The position numbers and the translations under genes are program-made. Below, in pieces: positions 51,668 to 64,000 of a stretch of DNA of 64,000 nt. The notes beneath the pieces are model-generated. The model worked only from the letters and a program-made list of their open reading frames with translations. It ran no database searches and was not told the origin of the DNA. Each line of letters begins with the position of its first letter. Position 1 is the stretch's first letter. Source of the DNA: Sphyrna mokarran (lineage: Eukaryota); assembly GCA_024679065.1 (NCBI GenBank), contig JAGIQG010000003.1, forward strand, positions 49,910,001-49,974,000, written 5' to 3'.

Positions 51668-51748
51668 CAAGGTTGGGCAGCATAGTCAAGTGCAGGCTCG
51701 GAGGGCTGAAGGGCCTGTTCCTGTGCTGAATTTTCTTTGTTCTCTTTG
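51668..51748 (+). mobile_element. Very short CR1 3' tail
   Basis: 'gtgcaggctcggagggctgaagggcctgttcctgtgctgaattttctttgttctctttg'. Confidence 0.65.
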
Positions 51749-53356
51749 ACTAACGATTGATTTGATGTATACTAATTGGCAAGTTAAAAATGAACACGCA
51801 GGATATTCCTCCATGAATGGCAGTGCTCCACAGTTAGGAACTGAAGCTGGCATTGTGCAGGGAAACAGTCACAGACTGTACTTCTCCCCAGATAAGGATA
51901 GGCTCAACATCCAATTAAGAATGGCAAGTAAGTTCTTGAAGTTAGAAGGTTAATAGAAGCAGCATTTGGATATTCTTACAGATGGGATATCCCAAAATGG
52001 AAATGTGAAATAAAGAAGTAGGCCTTTCCAGCCAAGCCTCAACTATTGCCTGTGGCTGTTGCTGAACGCAGGCAAGCACAAGGAGCTCCTGTGCAGCTGT
52101 TCTGTACCCACCACCTGCAGGACCTGCGGGTCAAATGAAAAATCTTAGTCAGCCTCCAACAATTAAATCGCCAATAGGTGCTACTTGTGGGCAAGTAGAC
52201 TTTCCACCTTTGAGAAAATAGTCTAAGGGATGGGATGTGTCATGTTCTAATTATTTAGGGGTTGCAACTTTTACACAAAGGATGTGGTTTGCACATATAA
52301 GTAGAAAATAATAACAATAGTGTGTTTAAGGATCTGTACAGAGTACAAAATGAAACTAAACAAAAGCCTGTGTAACACCCTGGTGACATCACTGTCAAGT
52401 CACATGACCAACTCTTCAAGCAATCATGCAATCACTTAAATATTTAACTTAATGTAGCCAGGAAACCAGTGTACATTCCAGCAACACAGAGTTTTGCACT
52501 TGTCTGTCTTCATACTGGTCTCAATTGGGGTCCAGGTATCCCGCCTAACATCTCTGTCACAAACTAACCTGTACAAAAGGGCTGTTCATAGCTCACAAAG
52601 TATTTCTAAAAAAGATTTAAAGACTTCCAATAAATTTGATTTTGTTTGTTAACAAAATGGTCAAATCATGGTATGATGCTATGAGTATCTGATGCATCAA
52701 CAATTTTAGCATGTAAGCAAATACAGTGGTTTAAGAAACGGAGTTGTGACCCTCTTTTGATTTTCATCAAATGTAATTGTGCCCTCTACTGTTGACCGCT
52801 ACCTTAATATAATGTTACCAGCAATAGAAATATGCTTGGTCTGCAGTAATTGCCACAATTTCCACTCTTTTATTTAAACTTGGGAAATGCCAATAATTAT
52901 AAACACTTTTCTGTTACATCTGCAGGGACCAATATTTACTAACAAAAGATCATACAATCCCCTCCCTTTTTCACAGGCAAAAGGGAACAACGTCTACTCT
53001 TGGCTCTGATTGTCTCTGTGAGAGTCTCTTATTTTCATCTTTGGATGTGTATCACTGTCAGTTCATAGTTTTGACTGCTAAATGTAACTAAAAAGTAAAA
53101 ATTTTCACATCAAACCCTTAAGAAGTTGCAGATTAACTACAGCATCTTGCCTTAACTCCTGAATGTTTACTCTGTCTCTCTATTTTAAAAAAATGACAAA
53201 TGCTTATTCAGTGATAAAGCCAGGGTTAAATTGTCTTCCCCATCTCAGTTCAGTATTTCTTCAATAATAAATTTTCTTTTATTGGAACTATTTAACAAAT
53301 ATCTTTGTCTTTCAATGGTTTAAAATTAAGCATAAAATTCACTTTAAAACCAACTT

Positions 53357-53573
53357 AGAATCCCTTCAGTGCAAAACGATGTCATTCAGCCCACTGAGCC
53401 TACAAAAATAATCCCAACCAGGCCGCATTCCTTTTATTTGCATTTACCCTGCTGAGCTCTCAGACACTAAGGGGAATTTTCGCATGACTAATGAACCATG
53501 CCTGCACATCTTTGGACTGTGGGAGGAAACCAGAGTACCCGAAGGAAACCCACATAGACAATGGGAGAACATG
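53357..53573 (-). mobile_element. 5'-truncated HE1-type V-SINE
   Basis: 'cctgcacatctttggactgtgggaggaaaccagagtacccgaaggaaacccacatagacaatgggagaacatg'. Confidence 0.8.
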
Positions 53574-54234
53574 TTCCTTAAGAAACACCGATATTTTTAT
53601 TGATAAATATAATAGCTCCATTTGCTATTTTGCTGCATTATTGCCAGCTAATGGTATGGATTTGATTACTGAAACTATTAATAGATCAGTATGCACCTGC
53701 CACCTTGTTAATTAAATACATTGTAATTATGCATTGCATCAAAGAGTCACAGTTATGAGGTTTATCATTATTGTTTTTGGGACTGTCTTTAATTTAGGAT
53801 AAAATGAAGGGGTCATGTGTCCTATTCTAAAATCTGCTTAATAGCAACTGTGGGTGGTTTTATTGTTCCGACATTAAAGGGGCTCAAATTTGTTCAACTG
53901 AAAAGATAACCCAAGGTATTTGCATTTAGAAATGAGGTTCAACTCCCAGAAAAATGTGGAGGATGTTAGGTTGTAAACAATTGTGCATTAAACTGTCCAC
54001 TTGCTTCCAAGAGAAAAAAGAGTGAGGTTTAAAGGGTAGCTAATAAGCATTTCTACTTGGATGCTGGGCCTATGTGATTCACATCACCACGGCAATGCAC
54101 ATTAACATGCAAAGGGTAAAGGCCTGTGCTATAAGTTGTAGGCTTTCCTAAAATATCACAGGTGGATTAGTTTGCCAGGCTCTGGGAACAGAAACGGCTA
54201 GAGGCCAAAAATATTTTTTGTACTCTTTCTCACT

Positions 54235-55115
54235 TAATATACCCTTTCTATAATAGGGTGATCAAAACCATACACAGTATTCCAAGTATGGCCTTACCAA
54301 TGTCTTGTACAACTTCAACAAACATTCCCAACTCCTGTATTCAATATTCCAACCAATGAAACCAAGCATACCAATGCCTTTTTCACCACTCTGTGCACCT
54401 GCGATTCACTTTCAAGGAACTATGAACTTGCACCTCTAGATCTTTTGTTCCATAACTCTGCCCAATGCCCTACCATTAACTGAGTAAGTCCTGCCCTGGT
54501 TTGATCTACCAAAATGCATCACCTCATATTTATCTATATTGAACTCTATCTGCCATTCATCAGACAACTGCCCAATTGATCAAGATGCCAGTGCAATCCT
54601 AGTCCTGTCCACTATCCCACCAATCATTGTGTCATACTAACCGTGCCTCCTAAATTCTCATCCAGATCATTAATGTAAATGACAAATAACAGTGGAACTA
54701 ACACCAGTCCTTAATGCACACCGTTGGTCACAGGTCTCCAGTTTGGAAAACAACCCTCCACAACCACCTTCTGTCATTAAGCTAATTTTGTATCCATTTG
54801 GCTACCTCATCCTGGATCTTGAGATTTAACCCTGCGCATTAACCTACCATGCAGCATCTTCTCAAAAGCCTTGTGATTACCCCTTCAAAAACTCAGCCAA
54901 ATTTGTGAGACTTGATCTTCCACTTGCAAAGCCATGCTGACTGTCCTTAATCAGTCGCTATGTCTCTAAATGCCTGTAGATCCTGTCTCTCAGAATACCT
55001 GCTAACAACTTATCCACTACAGATGTGAGGTTCACCGACCTGTAGTTCCCAGGCTTTTACCTAAACCCTTTTTAAACAAGGCGCAATGTTTGCCACCCTC
55101 CAATCTTCAGGCACT
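54235..55115 (-). mobile_element. CR1 LINE internal RT fragment
   Basis: 'catacacagtattccaagtatggccttaccaatgtcttgtacaacttcaac' reads LKLYKTLVRPYLEYCV on the minus strand. 'aaagccatgctgact' reads SQHGF. Confidence 0.85.
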
Positions 55116-55542
55116 TTTATTAGGTATGATTTATATGTAAGGAAACAAGTGAAGCTCAACTATTTTCACAGTCTAAAATATGCAATCCATCTCCGTTTTA
55201 TAGACAGAGATTTTATTCCCTGAGTGTGGGATATAATAGGTAGTTGATTTACTAGTTTTGTATCGCTGTCGCCATTGAAGTTGAATTTCAATCTTGCGTC
55301 TCTACAACATTTTTCTTTACTACTAAAGGAGAAGAATTAGGTGCTATGTGTTAACAATGTTGTAAAAGTTGGTGGCAAGAATTATTACAGCAGTTATTGC
55401 TAGTGAAGCAATTCTCATACTAGTTCATTAGAGATAGCAAACATGGAAAACCTTTGCACTCTGGGTGCTTTCGAAACAGCAGTTGGAGGACTAGTCTTTT
55501 GGTTGTTTATTTTCTAAAATGCACAACACTCTTGTGTTGCAG

Positions 55543-55660
55543 TCTTCAAAGTGGAATGAATCTGCAGATCTGTTTTGTGAATGACAGTGGAAGTGACAAG
55601 GACAGTGATGTAGATGATAGCAAGACTGAAACTAGCCTGGATACCCCTTTGTCTCCAATG
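55543..55660 (+). CDS. SCHIP1: SCHIP1 exon (R)[39 protein letters not shown], 118 nt, phase 2 to 0
   Basis: ttgcAG acceptor, ATG|GTAAGT donor. CG plus T across the junction gives Arg. Matches the conserved SCHIP1 sequence. Confidence 0.97.
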
Positions 55661-56746
55661 GTAAGTGTAACTAATTACTGCACTAATCAATTCCACAGGA
55701 ATCCAATATTAATGCCACAGTTTTCATAATTGTGGAAATGACTTCTTTAATTTTTGACCTTAATGGTTGCTGACTGGTCAGTTATGACTCAGGAGCTATT
55801 TTCTTTTCAAAATGACTTCCTTTTCCTTAAAAAGTCTACTCATGATTCTCAGCCATTCTGTATTTAACTTTTCCATCCTTTTTAAGATCCTTGAATTCAT
55901 CATCGCTTCCTGCCTCTCCTACAGCTCACTCTTTACAGTTCGTCATGTGTCTTTCACACTAGACTCAGCCTGACCTTGTTGAAACCAAGTGTCTAGTGAG
56001 CAAGAGGATTTTGTGATCTCTTTTTCTCTTTAACTTTGTTATGGTGATCACAATATTTGATCATCCTCCACTATGACTCTCCTTTGCAATCTATCTCCAC
56101 ATGTTGGCTTCTGGATGTACATTGAGGGCACAGGTGAATTTTTCCACAACTTTCCTCTTTTCCATGCTTGTGCCCATGCTGTCTGCTTTCCCTCCTATTA
56201 AATATTGGGAATACTAAACTCCATCTTTTGATTGCTGTCTGTACCTTTGCTGTGTTATCACTATTCCTGGCTCCACCCACCTCCTCCCTCTTTTAGCTTC
56301 AGCTGTGTTAAGTGCAACCTATAGACTTTGTAATTTATTCCTCACCAAGATCTTGTACTTCCACTCCTCAACATTACCTCTCTCCATATTTACCATGTTC
56401 CCATTCTTGACACTTCTTCATCACTTGTTCTGACAGTGGAGAGATGAGCAATGCCCAGTTGCTCTTCTCAATGAGATCCCAACCTCCATTCTTCTCAAAA
56501 TTCTGATTCATCTAAAACTAACACCCAGACTTGTCCTGCCCAGCCATTAAGCATTTTTGCTGCCACGTGCTGTTTCCCTTGGCTGAAGCAATGAATGTTC
56601 AGATTCCACTGTAACCTTACCCTTTGGCCTTCAACCATCTGACTTTAGTTTGTTTTATATCCACCCATCCATTTGCTGCAACAAAAGTGATTGAATGTTC
56701 CACTGTCCCAAAGTCCTTCTCTAAATTCCTCCCACCTTATTAACTT

Positions 56747-57875
56747 GGGCCCAATTCTACCATTCCGTCATACCTGTTTCTGGGCATGAAAATGTGGTAA
56801 CATTGGGTGTGAGGCTATTAATACAATCCGCGCAGATGACCACTTTATCGAGATCTGAGAATGGCCGCGATCTGATTCACGCCCGAAACAGACAACGACA
56901 ATTTAAATGCATTTGCATGCACTTAAATTGAATTAAAATTGGGCGAACAGCTCATTATCAGTATTTTCCCTTTACCATTGTGTTAGTGTGTCCAGATTCG
57001 ACACAACACACATGTTCAGCAAAGGTCTGTTTCAGGCGCATCAGGTTCTGAAGAGGTAAGTTCAGAGCTTCCAGCAGCTTTCTAACTCCGATCAGTGTTA
57101 GGAGAAGCAGGGGGAGGGAGGAGGCAGGTCAGAAGTATCTCTTGTAGGACACCTGGAGGGCAAATTAGCATCTGGTGGAGGGGGTGGGCCCTGCTATTCT
57201 CTTGGTGAGGAGGAGAATGGAGGTGGCAAGTCAAATGCATCTCTGGTGTGGAGGAGGGTGTTGAGGCAGAATAGAGGCCAGATTATTGACTGATGGATAG
57301 GGGCAAAGGGCAGGAGAATGGAGAAGCATTGTCTAGGGAGGAGGGAGGCCCATTCATTGTGTGGTGTGGGGTAGGGGGGGGGGGAGGCTGAACTTTCTCT
57401 GGGGAGTGAGTAAAGGAGGCCTGATCATTCTTCGGGGGCAGGAAGGGAGGCCAGATGGATCTCAGGGGTAGAGGGGGAGGTTCTGCTGCCACTCAGTGGG
57501 CAATTGGTGACGGGGGGAGATCAGAGGGTCGCAAATGTCTGGATAGCGCAGATGGGGTGGATAAGGGGGAAAGTTATGTTGTAGGGGTAGGGGTGATGTC
57601 TGTGGGGATTATTACTCCCGGGTCGCCTTATCTGCTTTTTACAATCCAGGAGCAATGTGACAGCAGCACGATTTTCAAATTTTTTTCTCACTGCACATGC
57701 TCAGTTCAGATAGCCAATTATTTTAGGAATGCTAAGTCCCACCCACAGCGCAGTTCAGACCCGTGATTTTTTTTCAGGCTAAGTGCATCTGGAAATGCCT
57801 GAGAACAGATTTCCAAATTGGATCAGAATTGAGCCCAGATTCAGCACTTAGTTTGAAAATGGTAAAATTAGGCCC
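56747..57875. mobile_element. 1.13 kb non-autonomous Harbinger-like DNA transposon
   Basis: TIRs 'gggcccaattctaccatt' and 'aatggtaaaattaggccc' match at 16 of 18 positions. G-rich non-coding interior. Flanks ctt and ttt. Confidence 0.75.
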
Positions 57876-58519
57876 TTTATCTGTTTTTTGGAACCTTCTT
57901 ATTCTCACTTCTTTTAACAGTGCTTCCTGTTAATATCAAATTCTTTCTCCAAGTACAGGGATATCTGTTCCTCTCAACTGTTGGAATGTGTTTTGTATGA
58001 AAGATTTTCAAAGGAATATGCATTATTAAATGTCACGATAGTTCATTATAATTTTAGTGGATTATCTGTCCCAGTTTTCTTTGTTTCTATTTTAAAACCT
58101 AACGAATGTTGTAAAACCAGGATTCATGTAGAAATAATTTGCTTGTGAAAGTCAAGAACAAATTGCCCATTTGGTTTTGATAATTAACCTCGTTCTAATG
58201 TAATTGCATCAAAAGATGATTGGTGTTGATGAAGCTGACATCATATTGAAAGCCACAGAAACGGCAAAAGCTAAAGAGTTTAATGGGTGAGAAACCTTAA
58301 ACAGGCACATAGTCTAGTAATTTCAAGCAATTGTAGATTTGAGGCATGCAGATGAAAAGCAAGGGAGATACAGACAATGTGTTAATATATTTTTGCATGA
58401 TTAACAGAATCCATTTTTAATGATGCTTTTAGCAGATTCTGCTTTCCAGATTACCTTTTGATTGTTTATAACTGCTCTCCATTTAGAAATGCATCACAAT
58501 AGCTGATCTCTCTCCCTAG

Positions 58520-58717
58520 AGCAAACAAAGCTCATCATACTCTGACAGAGACACTACTGAGGAAGAGTCTGAGTCACTTGATGATATGGATTTTCTTACA
58601 AGGCAGAAGAAATTGCAAGCTGAAGCCAAAATGGCTCTTGCTATGGCAAAACCAATGGCTAAAATGCAAGTTGAAGTGGAAAAGCAGAACAGAAAGAAAT
58701 CCCCAGTGGCTGATCTG
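58520..58717 (+). CDS. SCHIP1: SCHIP1 exon [66 protein letters not shown], 198 nt, phase 0 to 0
   Basis: ctctctccctAG acceptor, CTG|GTGAGT donor, 66 open codons matching conserved SCHIP1. Confidence 0.97.
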
Positions 58718-59469
58718 GTGAGTATTTTTTCCCATACGTACAAATATGATAACCCAGGAAACCTTTGACTTAAGCAGTAACTGACTTCAGCTTTACACAC
58801 AATTGAAAATAGTCTGCAACAGAACATTTTCTTCCCCAATAACCAATTCTATCAATTGTATGGCCATTATTTTCTGTCTCTATCAAACAGTTTTAAATAT
58901 GAGGTGTTGTGTATGTATTTGAAATAAAGAACTGGATTGTTGCTTTTTCTCTGCTACTGAGTGTATTTGTGCTATTGTAACAGTTGACTGACATTACACC
59001 TCCTGTCAATCACAGTATGTTTGGACATAAATCAGATGCACAATGATGCAGAGAAGTTGTTGGAATTAGATCATCTCTGATAAGCATGGCCAGTGTTTTT
59101 AATTTATATTTTTCCTTCATGTTTTAGCATTTCTTTCTGTTAGTTTCTAAGATTCTAATCAAATGTTTACATATAAAGTCAAATGCAGAAAGACTCAAGT
59201 TGACACTGAATATGTATGAAGATCTAATCTACAATTCGTAAGTTTTTTTTATTTAGACTGGAAATTATTCCCTGGTGTTGCTCTTGGTAACTCCAGATGA
59301 AACATGCTTTATGAAGACAGGAATTTTACACAAATGTTAGGTGTTGGGGTATTTTCCCCTGTTCTTGCTGTAAATATTTTGACTCCCAGATCTCAGACCA
59401 TTCTCTTTGAACCCCAGTTTTATGAATTAGGAGAAAGGATGGCCACTCAAATTGGCTTGCATGGACCCA

Positions 59470-59558
59470 AACAGACACCGGACTAGGGGAATTTCACAGT
59501 AGCTTCTTTGCAGTCTTAATGTAAGCCTTACTTGTGACTAATAAAAAAACAAAATAAA
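59470..59558 (+). mobile_element. V-SINE type B tail only
   Basis: 'gactaggggaatttcacagtagcttctttgcagtcttaatgtaagccttacttgtgactaataaa'. Confidence 0.7.
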
Positions 59559-59564
59559 CTCTAC

Positions 59565-60030
59565 CTCTTGAACCTGCTCCATCATTCAATAAGAACATGG
59601 CTCGTCTGATTTGTAATTTCATGCCTACCCCCCAATAACCTTCCCCCCCCCCTTGTTTATGAAGAATCCAGCTACATCTACCTTAAAAATATTCAGAAGA
59701 TTCTGCTTCCGTTGCCTTAAGAAGAAGAGTCCCGGAGACTCTCAACCTTCTGAAAGAAATTCTCCTCATCTGTCTTAAATTGGTGACCCAGAGTTCTAGG
59801 TGCCCCCACAAGAGGAAATGTCCTCTCCACGTACATCCTGTCAGTACCTCAAATGGTCTTTAAAGATTTCAATCAAGTCATCTCTTACTCTTCTAAACTC
59901 CAGTGGTTACAAGCCTAGTGCATCCAATCTTTTCTCAAGACAAATCATCCATTTCAGGTATTAATCTCATAAACCTTTACTGAACTGTTTCTAATGCATT
60001 CACGTCCTTCCAGATGTGGTCCCGGCAGTG
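59565..60030 (-). mobile_element. CR1 LINE 3' fragment
   Basis: 'gaacctgctccatcattcaataagaacatggct...gaaattctcctcatctgtcttaaat' matches the other CR1 tails. Confidence 0.75.
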
Positions 60031-60274
60031 CTCTCCTCAATTTCATTCATTTTTATCCATACAAACATTCAGTAACATGTCCATACTGCTGAACAGAAAT
60101 TGTCTATTTTCATAAACTTCTGGAAATTATTCTTTGCCATCAAAGCATCACTCCTATTTCAAAATAAACAGTAATGGTTACAACACTGGATCCTATTTTA
60201 AGTGTAAACAAACGAATCAATTTAAATAACAAAAGTTAATTGTGCATAATAATAGTATAAGCATAATATTTTTT

Positions 60275-60715
60275 ATTATCTCTTCATGGGATATAGACAT
60301 CACTAGCAAGATCGTCATTTATTGCCCATCCCTAATTACCCTTGAAGAAGGTGTTAAACCATCTTGAGCCACTGCAATCCATATGGTATATGGTGTAGGT
60401 ATAGTACTATTAGGAAGGAGTTTTCAGAATTTTGACTCAGCTACAGTGAATGAAATGCAATATTTCAAGTTAGGATACTGAGTGAGTTGGAGGGACGTTT
60501 GGAATTGCTGGTGTTTCCTTGCACCGGCTGTCCTTACTCTTCTAAATGGCAATGGTCGCGTGATTAGAAGATCCTGCCGAAGGAGCCTTGATGAGTTCCT
60601 GCAGTGTATGTTATAGATGCCATACATTACTGTCACTGTGCCTGGCAGTGGAGGAAGTGAATGGTTAAGGTGGGAGATAGCTTGCTGATCAAGCAAGCTA
60701 TTTTCGTCTTCCTGG
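60275..60715 (-). mobile_element. L2/CR1-group LINE 3' end
   Basis: 'catttattgcccatccctaattacccttgaagaagg', homologous to 55-575 and 33297 onward. Confidence 0.8.
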
Positions 60716-60838
60716 TTCACCCCCTTGACAAAGTGTATCTGAAATCTTTCACCAAGGGCTTTAATTTTGTCCATGAATGGAAAACAGCAAAATCTAAATG
60801 GTAAGTTCTTCTTTTGTACAAAATATAATTCTCACAGT

Positions 60839-61493
60839 GAGCTGAATTTCTTGGAGGCAGTGGAAGTCTTGACCAGCAGGAGTCCCACGTTGCTTCTTTT
60901 ATGGAATGCCTACTGAATTAAATGTTTCCAGGCACTTAAGTAGACAGCAAAGAGGGTCTTTTCCAGGATCAAGAAGCCTGGGTCTGAAAACACCACCTGC
61001 CGAGAGCTGCTGGTCATTGAGGCTTGCTTCTCTGTTGAATGGCAGCAGCAGCATTGGTAGGCAGTATCTATTGCCGATGCTGCAGACTCTCAAGGCCAGA
61101 GGTGAGTAATGGTAGTAGGGGTATCGTGGAGAGGCTGACGTGTTAGTAGGGGTGACTCTAAGCTGGGCTCTCATTGTAGCTATTGAGTCCCTGGATTACC
61201 ATTGAGTGCCTTTGAGTGACAGACTCCTTCTGAGAACCCACGAACGACCAAGCCTGCGTTTCTTGTGCTGTCCACGTGGTGAGTATCCTGCCCACTGGAA
61301 GACTATTACAAGCTGAGGTGGCATGAGGCCATTAAGTGGACAATAATTTTCAACTTGCATGTTTCAATTAATGCTCCAATTGAAGGCCTTTCCACCAGCG
61401 ACTTAATCAGGTGCAGGTAGGAAGGCAATAAGATCTCCATCCTGATTCAGTGCCCCAGTACCAAACTTATGGGGAGGACATTAAATTTTGCTC
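60839..61493. mobile_element. Possible decayed Harbinger-like MITE
   Basis: Termini 'gagctgaattt' and 'aaattttgctc' match as inverted repeats at 9 of 11 positions. GC-richer interior. Confidence 0.45.
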
Positions 61494-62532
61494 AATATTT
61501 AATTTTCTTAATAATTGCCCAAACTATTATTCTGAATGATGTATCATTAGGCTTTCAACCCCAAAACATTTATTAGAATGTGAATTTGAATTAAAATTCA
61601 TCACCATCAGAAATACTTGATGGATGGAACTCATGGTTGTTTCCGTAAGTACACTTCACCTGTGTTTGTTTAAAAGGTTTCCCATCAAGCTTTGCCTTCA
61701 CAACTTGAAATATTTGCATCACGTTAAGCTTGGAAGAAAATTCTAGCTGCAGCTAGATTTGTTTTTTTAATTCTTTGAGCAGTGCCTGAAACAAATAAAT
61801 CTCTGCAGAGCTAAAGCCTCACCTAATGCAGCATTGTGTGGATAAAGTAGCAGTGTTTCCCTTCAGGACCATGAACTCTAATTAATTGACTGCAATAGCA
61901 AGAAAACTACATGCAGTCTACAGTGATCTACTGCCACTCAGCAATGTGAGTTAGATTCAGCATCAGCATTGAATAATATCTTGGAAGCTCAAAATATTAT
62001 AAAGGAGCTTTGTTTCTTCAAATTTGTGATCCCAAATGCATTTGAAAACTCCCAGCTTCATGTGCTCCAGTTACGTTTATTTAGATTTGGAAGTATGATT
62101 ATAAATTTAATTTAAGCCAAATTAATAAGTTAATCCTTTCATCAGATGCTGCATCTGCTCAAATAGTTTGGGTATGGAGAAGTTAAATATTTGTCGTGTA
62201 TGTATTAAGGATTACTATCTTAATTCCCTAAAAGCTAGTACTCAAAACCAAAAATGACATATTGAAAGCCAAAATTTGAAAATGTATGCACACAGTGACC
62301 TCTGCAATTTCTCCTCCGTACCATTTTGACTGCTGAATAATATCCTCAATCAACACTTAATGATTATTACTCAGCTTTGATGTTAGCCTGACTGAATTGT
62401 AAGGATGAGTTGCTCCAGTAGTGCTCCAATATTTTTAATAGTTAAATATTAGGCACTTCAGTGTTGGAGGTGTGTATTCAACCTCTCCATAAAGAAGATA
62501 ATTAAACAACAATCAACTTTACACAAATGTTT

Positions 62533-62834
62533 AAAGTTCACAGTTTATATATGTTAGCCAAGTAATCTTACATTAACGTGGGGCAATGAAATTACTGTGA
62601 AAGTCCCCTCGTCATCACACTCCTCCTGTGTCTGTTCAGGTGCACTGAGGGAGAATTTAGCACAGTCAATACACCTAATCGGCATGTCTTTCAGACTGTG
62701 GGAGGAAACCGGAATACCTGGAGGAAACCAAGCAGACAAAGGGAGAACGTGCAGACTCCGCACAGATGGTGGCCCAAGCTGGGAATTAAATTCAGGTCTC
62801 TGGTGCTGTAAACCACTGTGCCATTGTGCTGCTC
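62533..62834 (-). mobile_element. V-SINE with type B tail
   Basis: 'cttacattaac...gcaatgaaattactgtgaaagtcccctcgtc...ctgtgggaggaaaccgga...gggagaacgtgcagactccgcacaga...aaccactgtgccattgtgctgc'. Confidence 0.85.
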
Positions 62835-64000
62835 CAAATGTTGCATTTATATTGCATTATGCAGAATTAATTTCAATCCTGTAGCAAAATTTCTCTTATC
62901 TGGCACCATAATTCTTGAATTGTCTTTTCTTGAATTGTCTTTTTTTGTCAAACTCTTGAATTTGAGTTTGTCTTTTTTTTTGTCAAACTCGCTAATAGCT
63001 GCTAGTGATGGCCTGTCCTTGCTCCAGTCTCAGGCTGTCATTGCCCTGAAGCACTACCTTTACCCTTTTCCCCATTTCCATCTTGATCTGCATGCTGCCG
63101 AGACCTCAACAGCCGGGTGACCATCCTGTAGCTTTCTGATTGGATACAAATGCAGAACTCACCTTGCAACTTAGTTAGCAAGATTATTTAATTAACTGAT
63201 ACCTCCCACTAACAGAACTGGCAGTTTATAATTACAGGAGTGTTTTTCCATTTTTCTAGAAACGGGCAGTGCTGCTGTTATAGAAAACAGAATGTACTTC
63301 TGCTAAATTAATCATGGTAACAAAATGTTGATGCCAAACTTTCAGCTTATCCTAGGTGTCACTGAAGTAGGCAAACATGATACTATACTAAATTGGCTTA
63401 TTCAGATTATTCAACTTCGAAGGATCTTAAAACAAAATTTGGCATGAGTTTAAAAAGAATCCTGATTTAAGCATTCAGTCATTAGTTTCTATAGTCCACT
63501 ATGTAGATACAAACATCCATATAAAGATATTTTTCTAGAAATGTGTCTTATGAAACATTAAACCTGATAAATTTTGGGAAGGTCATATTTCAGTTTCTGT
63601 CAAAGGAGTGGTCAGGGGCTGGGATGTGGCCAAGTATGTTAGGGGGTCCAGTGGAATGGAGAGAGGGCCAGTACCATAGTTACCTGGAACTTAAAATAGT
63701 TTAAATCCTTCTAGCTTTTCCCAGGTAACTGTTCTGCTGAGAGAGTCTGAACCATCCATAATCTCTAATTTAAATCCAAGTTTCAAAAGTTTGAATTCCC
63801 TGGCTGATTCTCAAGCAGTACCCCCCACCCTCTGGCATATCATCTGGAGGAGGGGGGGGTGGAGTTGGGTGGTGGCGGCTGCGCTACTGCTTTATTTTTG
63901 TTGTCTAGTATCTGCCGTGTTTTGCTTTCACAGAATTACATTCCTAACACGATGGATGAATTGATACCACAAATATAAATCAATAAGTATAGAGTCATAG

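Noticed and set aside
58516-58839. 107-aa antisense ORF
   Set aside because: Antisense shadow of the SCHIP1 coding exon. No independent support.
58718-64000. Downstream SCHIP1 coiled-coil exons (LPHMPHISECL... onward)
   Set aside because: Not found on reading this interval. They presumably lie beyond the window.
1-64000. CRISPR arrays, operons or other prokaryote-type systems
   Set aside because: The sequence is vertebrate intronic DNA. There are no regularly spaced direct repeats and no dense coding regions.

Overview
AT-rich, repeat-dense vertebrate genomic DNA. The HE1-type V-SINEs, Deu-domain SINEs and CR1/L2 LINE fragments point to a cartilaginous fish (shark). The window lies inside one + strand gene, SCHIP1 (schwannomin-interacting protein 1, IQCJ-SCHIP1 locus). 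It holds a short first coding exon (MVHQENCAYQ, 5949-5978), a probable second alternative first exon (23498-23566) and three shared coding exons (41429-41547, 55543-55660, 58520-58717). These splice in frame with canonical AG/GT sites. I did not find the C-terminal coiled-coil exons, so the gene probably continues past 64000. The rest is intron filled with decayed, often nested retroelements and MITEs, and almost all ORFs in the supplied track are spurious. I see no evidence of a wholly new biological system. The items most worth checking are the alternative first exon, the uORFs next to the SCHIP1 start, a LINE with a tRNA-like head and no room for ORF1, V-SINEs with two different 3' tails, a fossil Harbinger transposase alongside GGG..CCC MITEs, and two intronic inverted repeats. 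Repeat family names come from recognition, not from a database search, and repeat boundaries are approximate.
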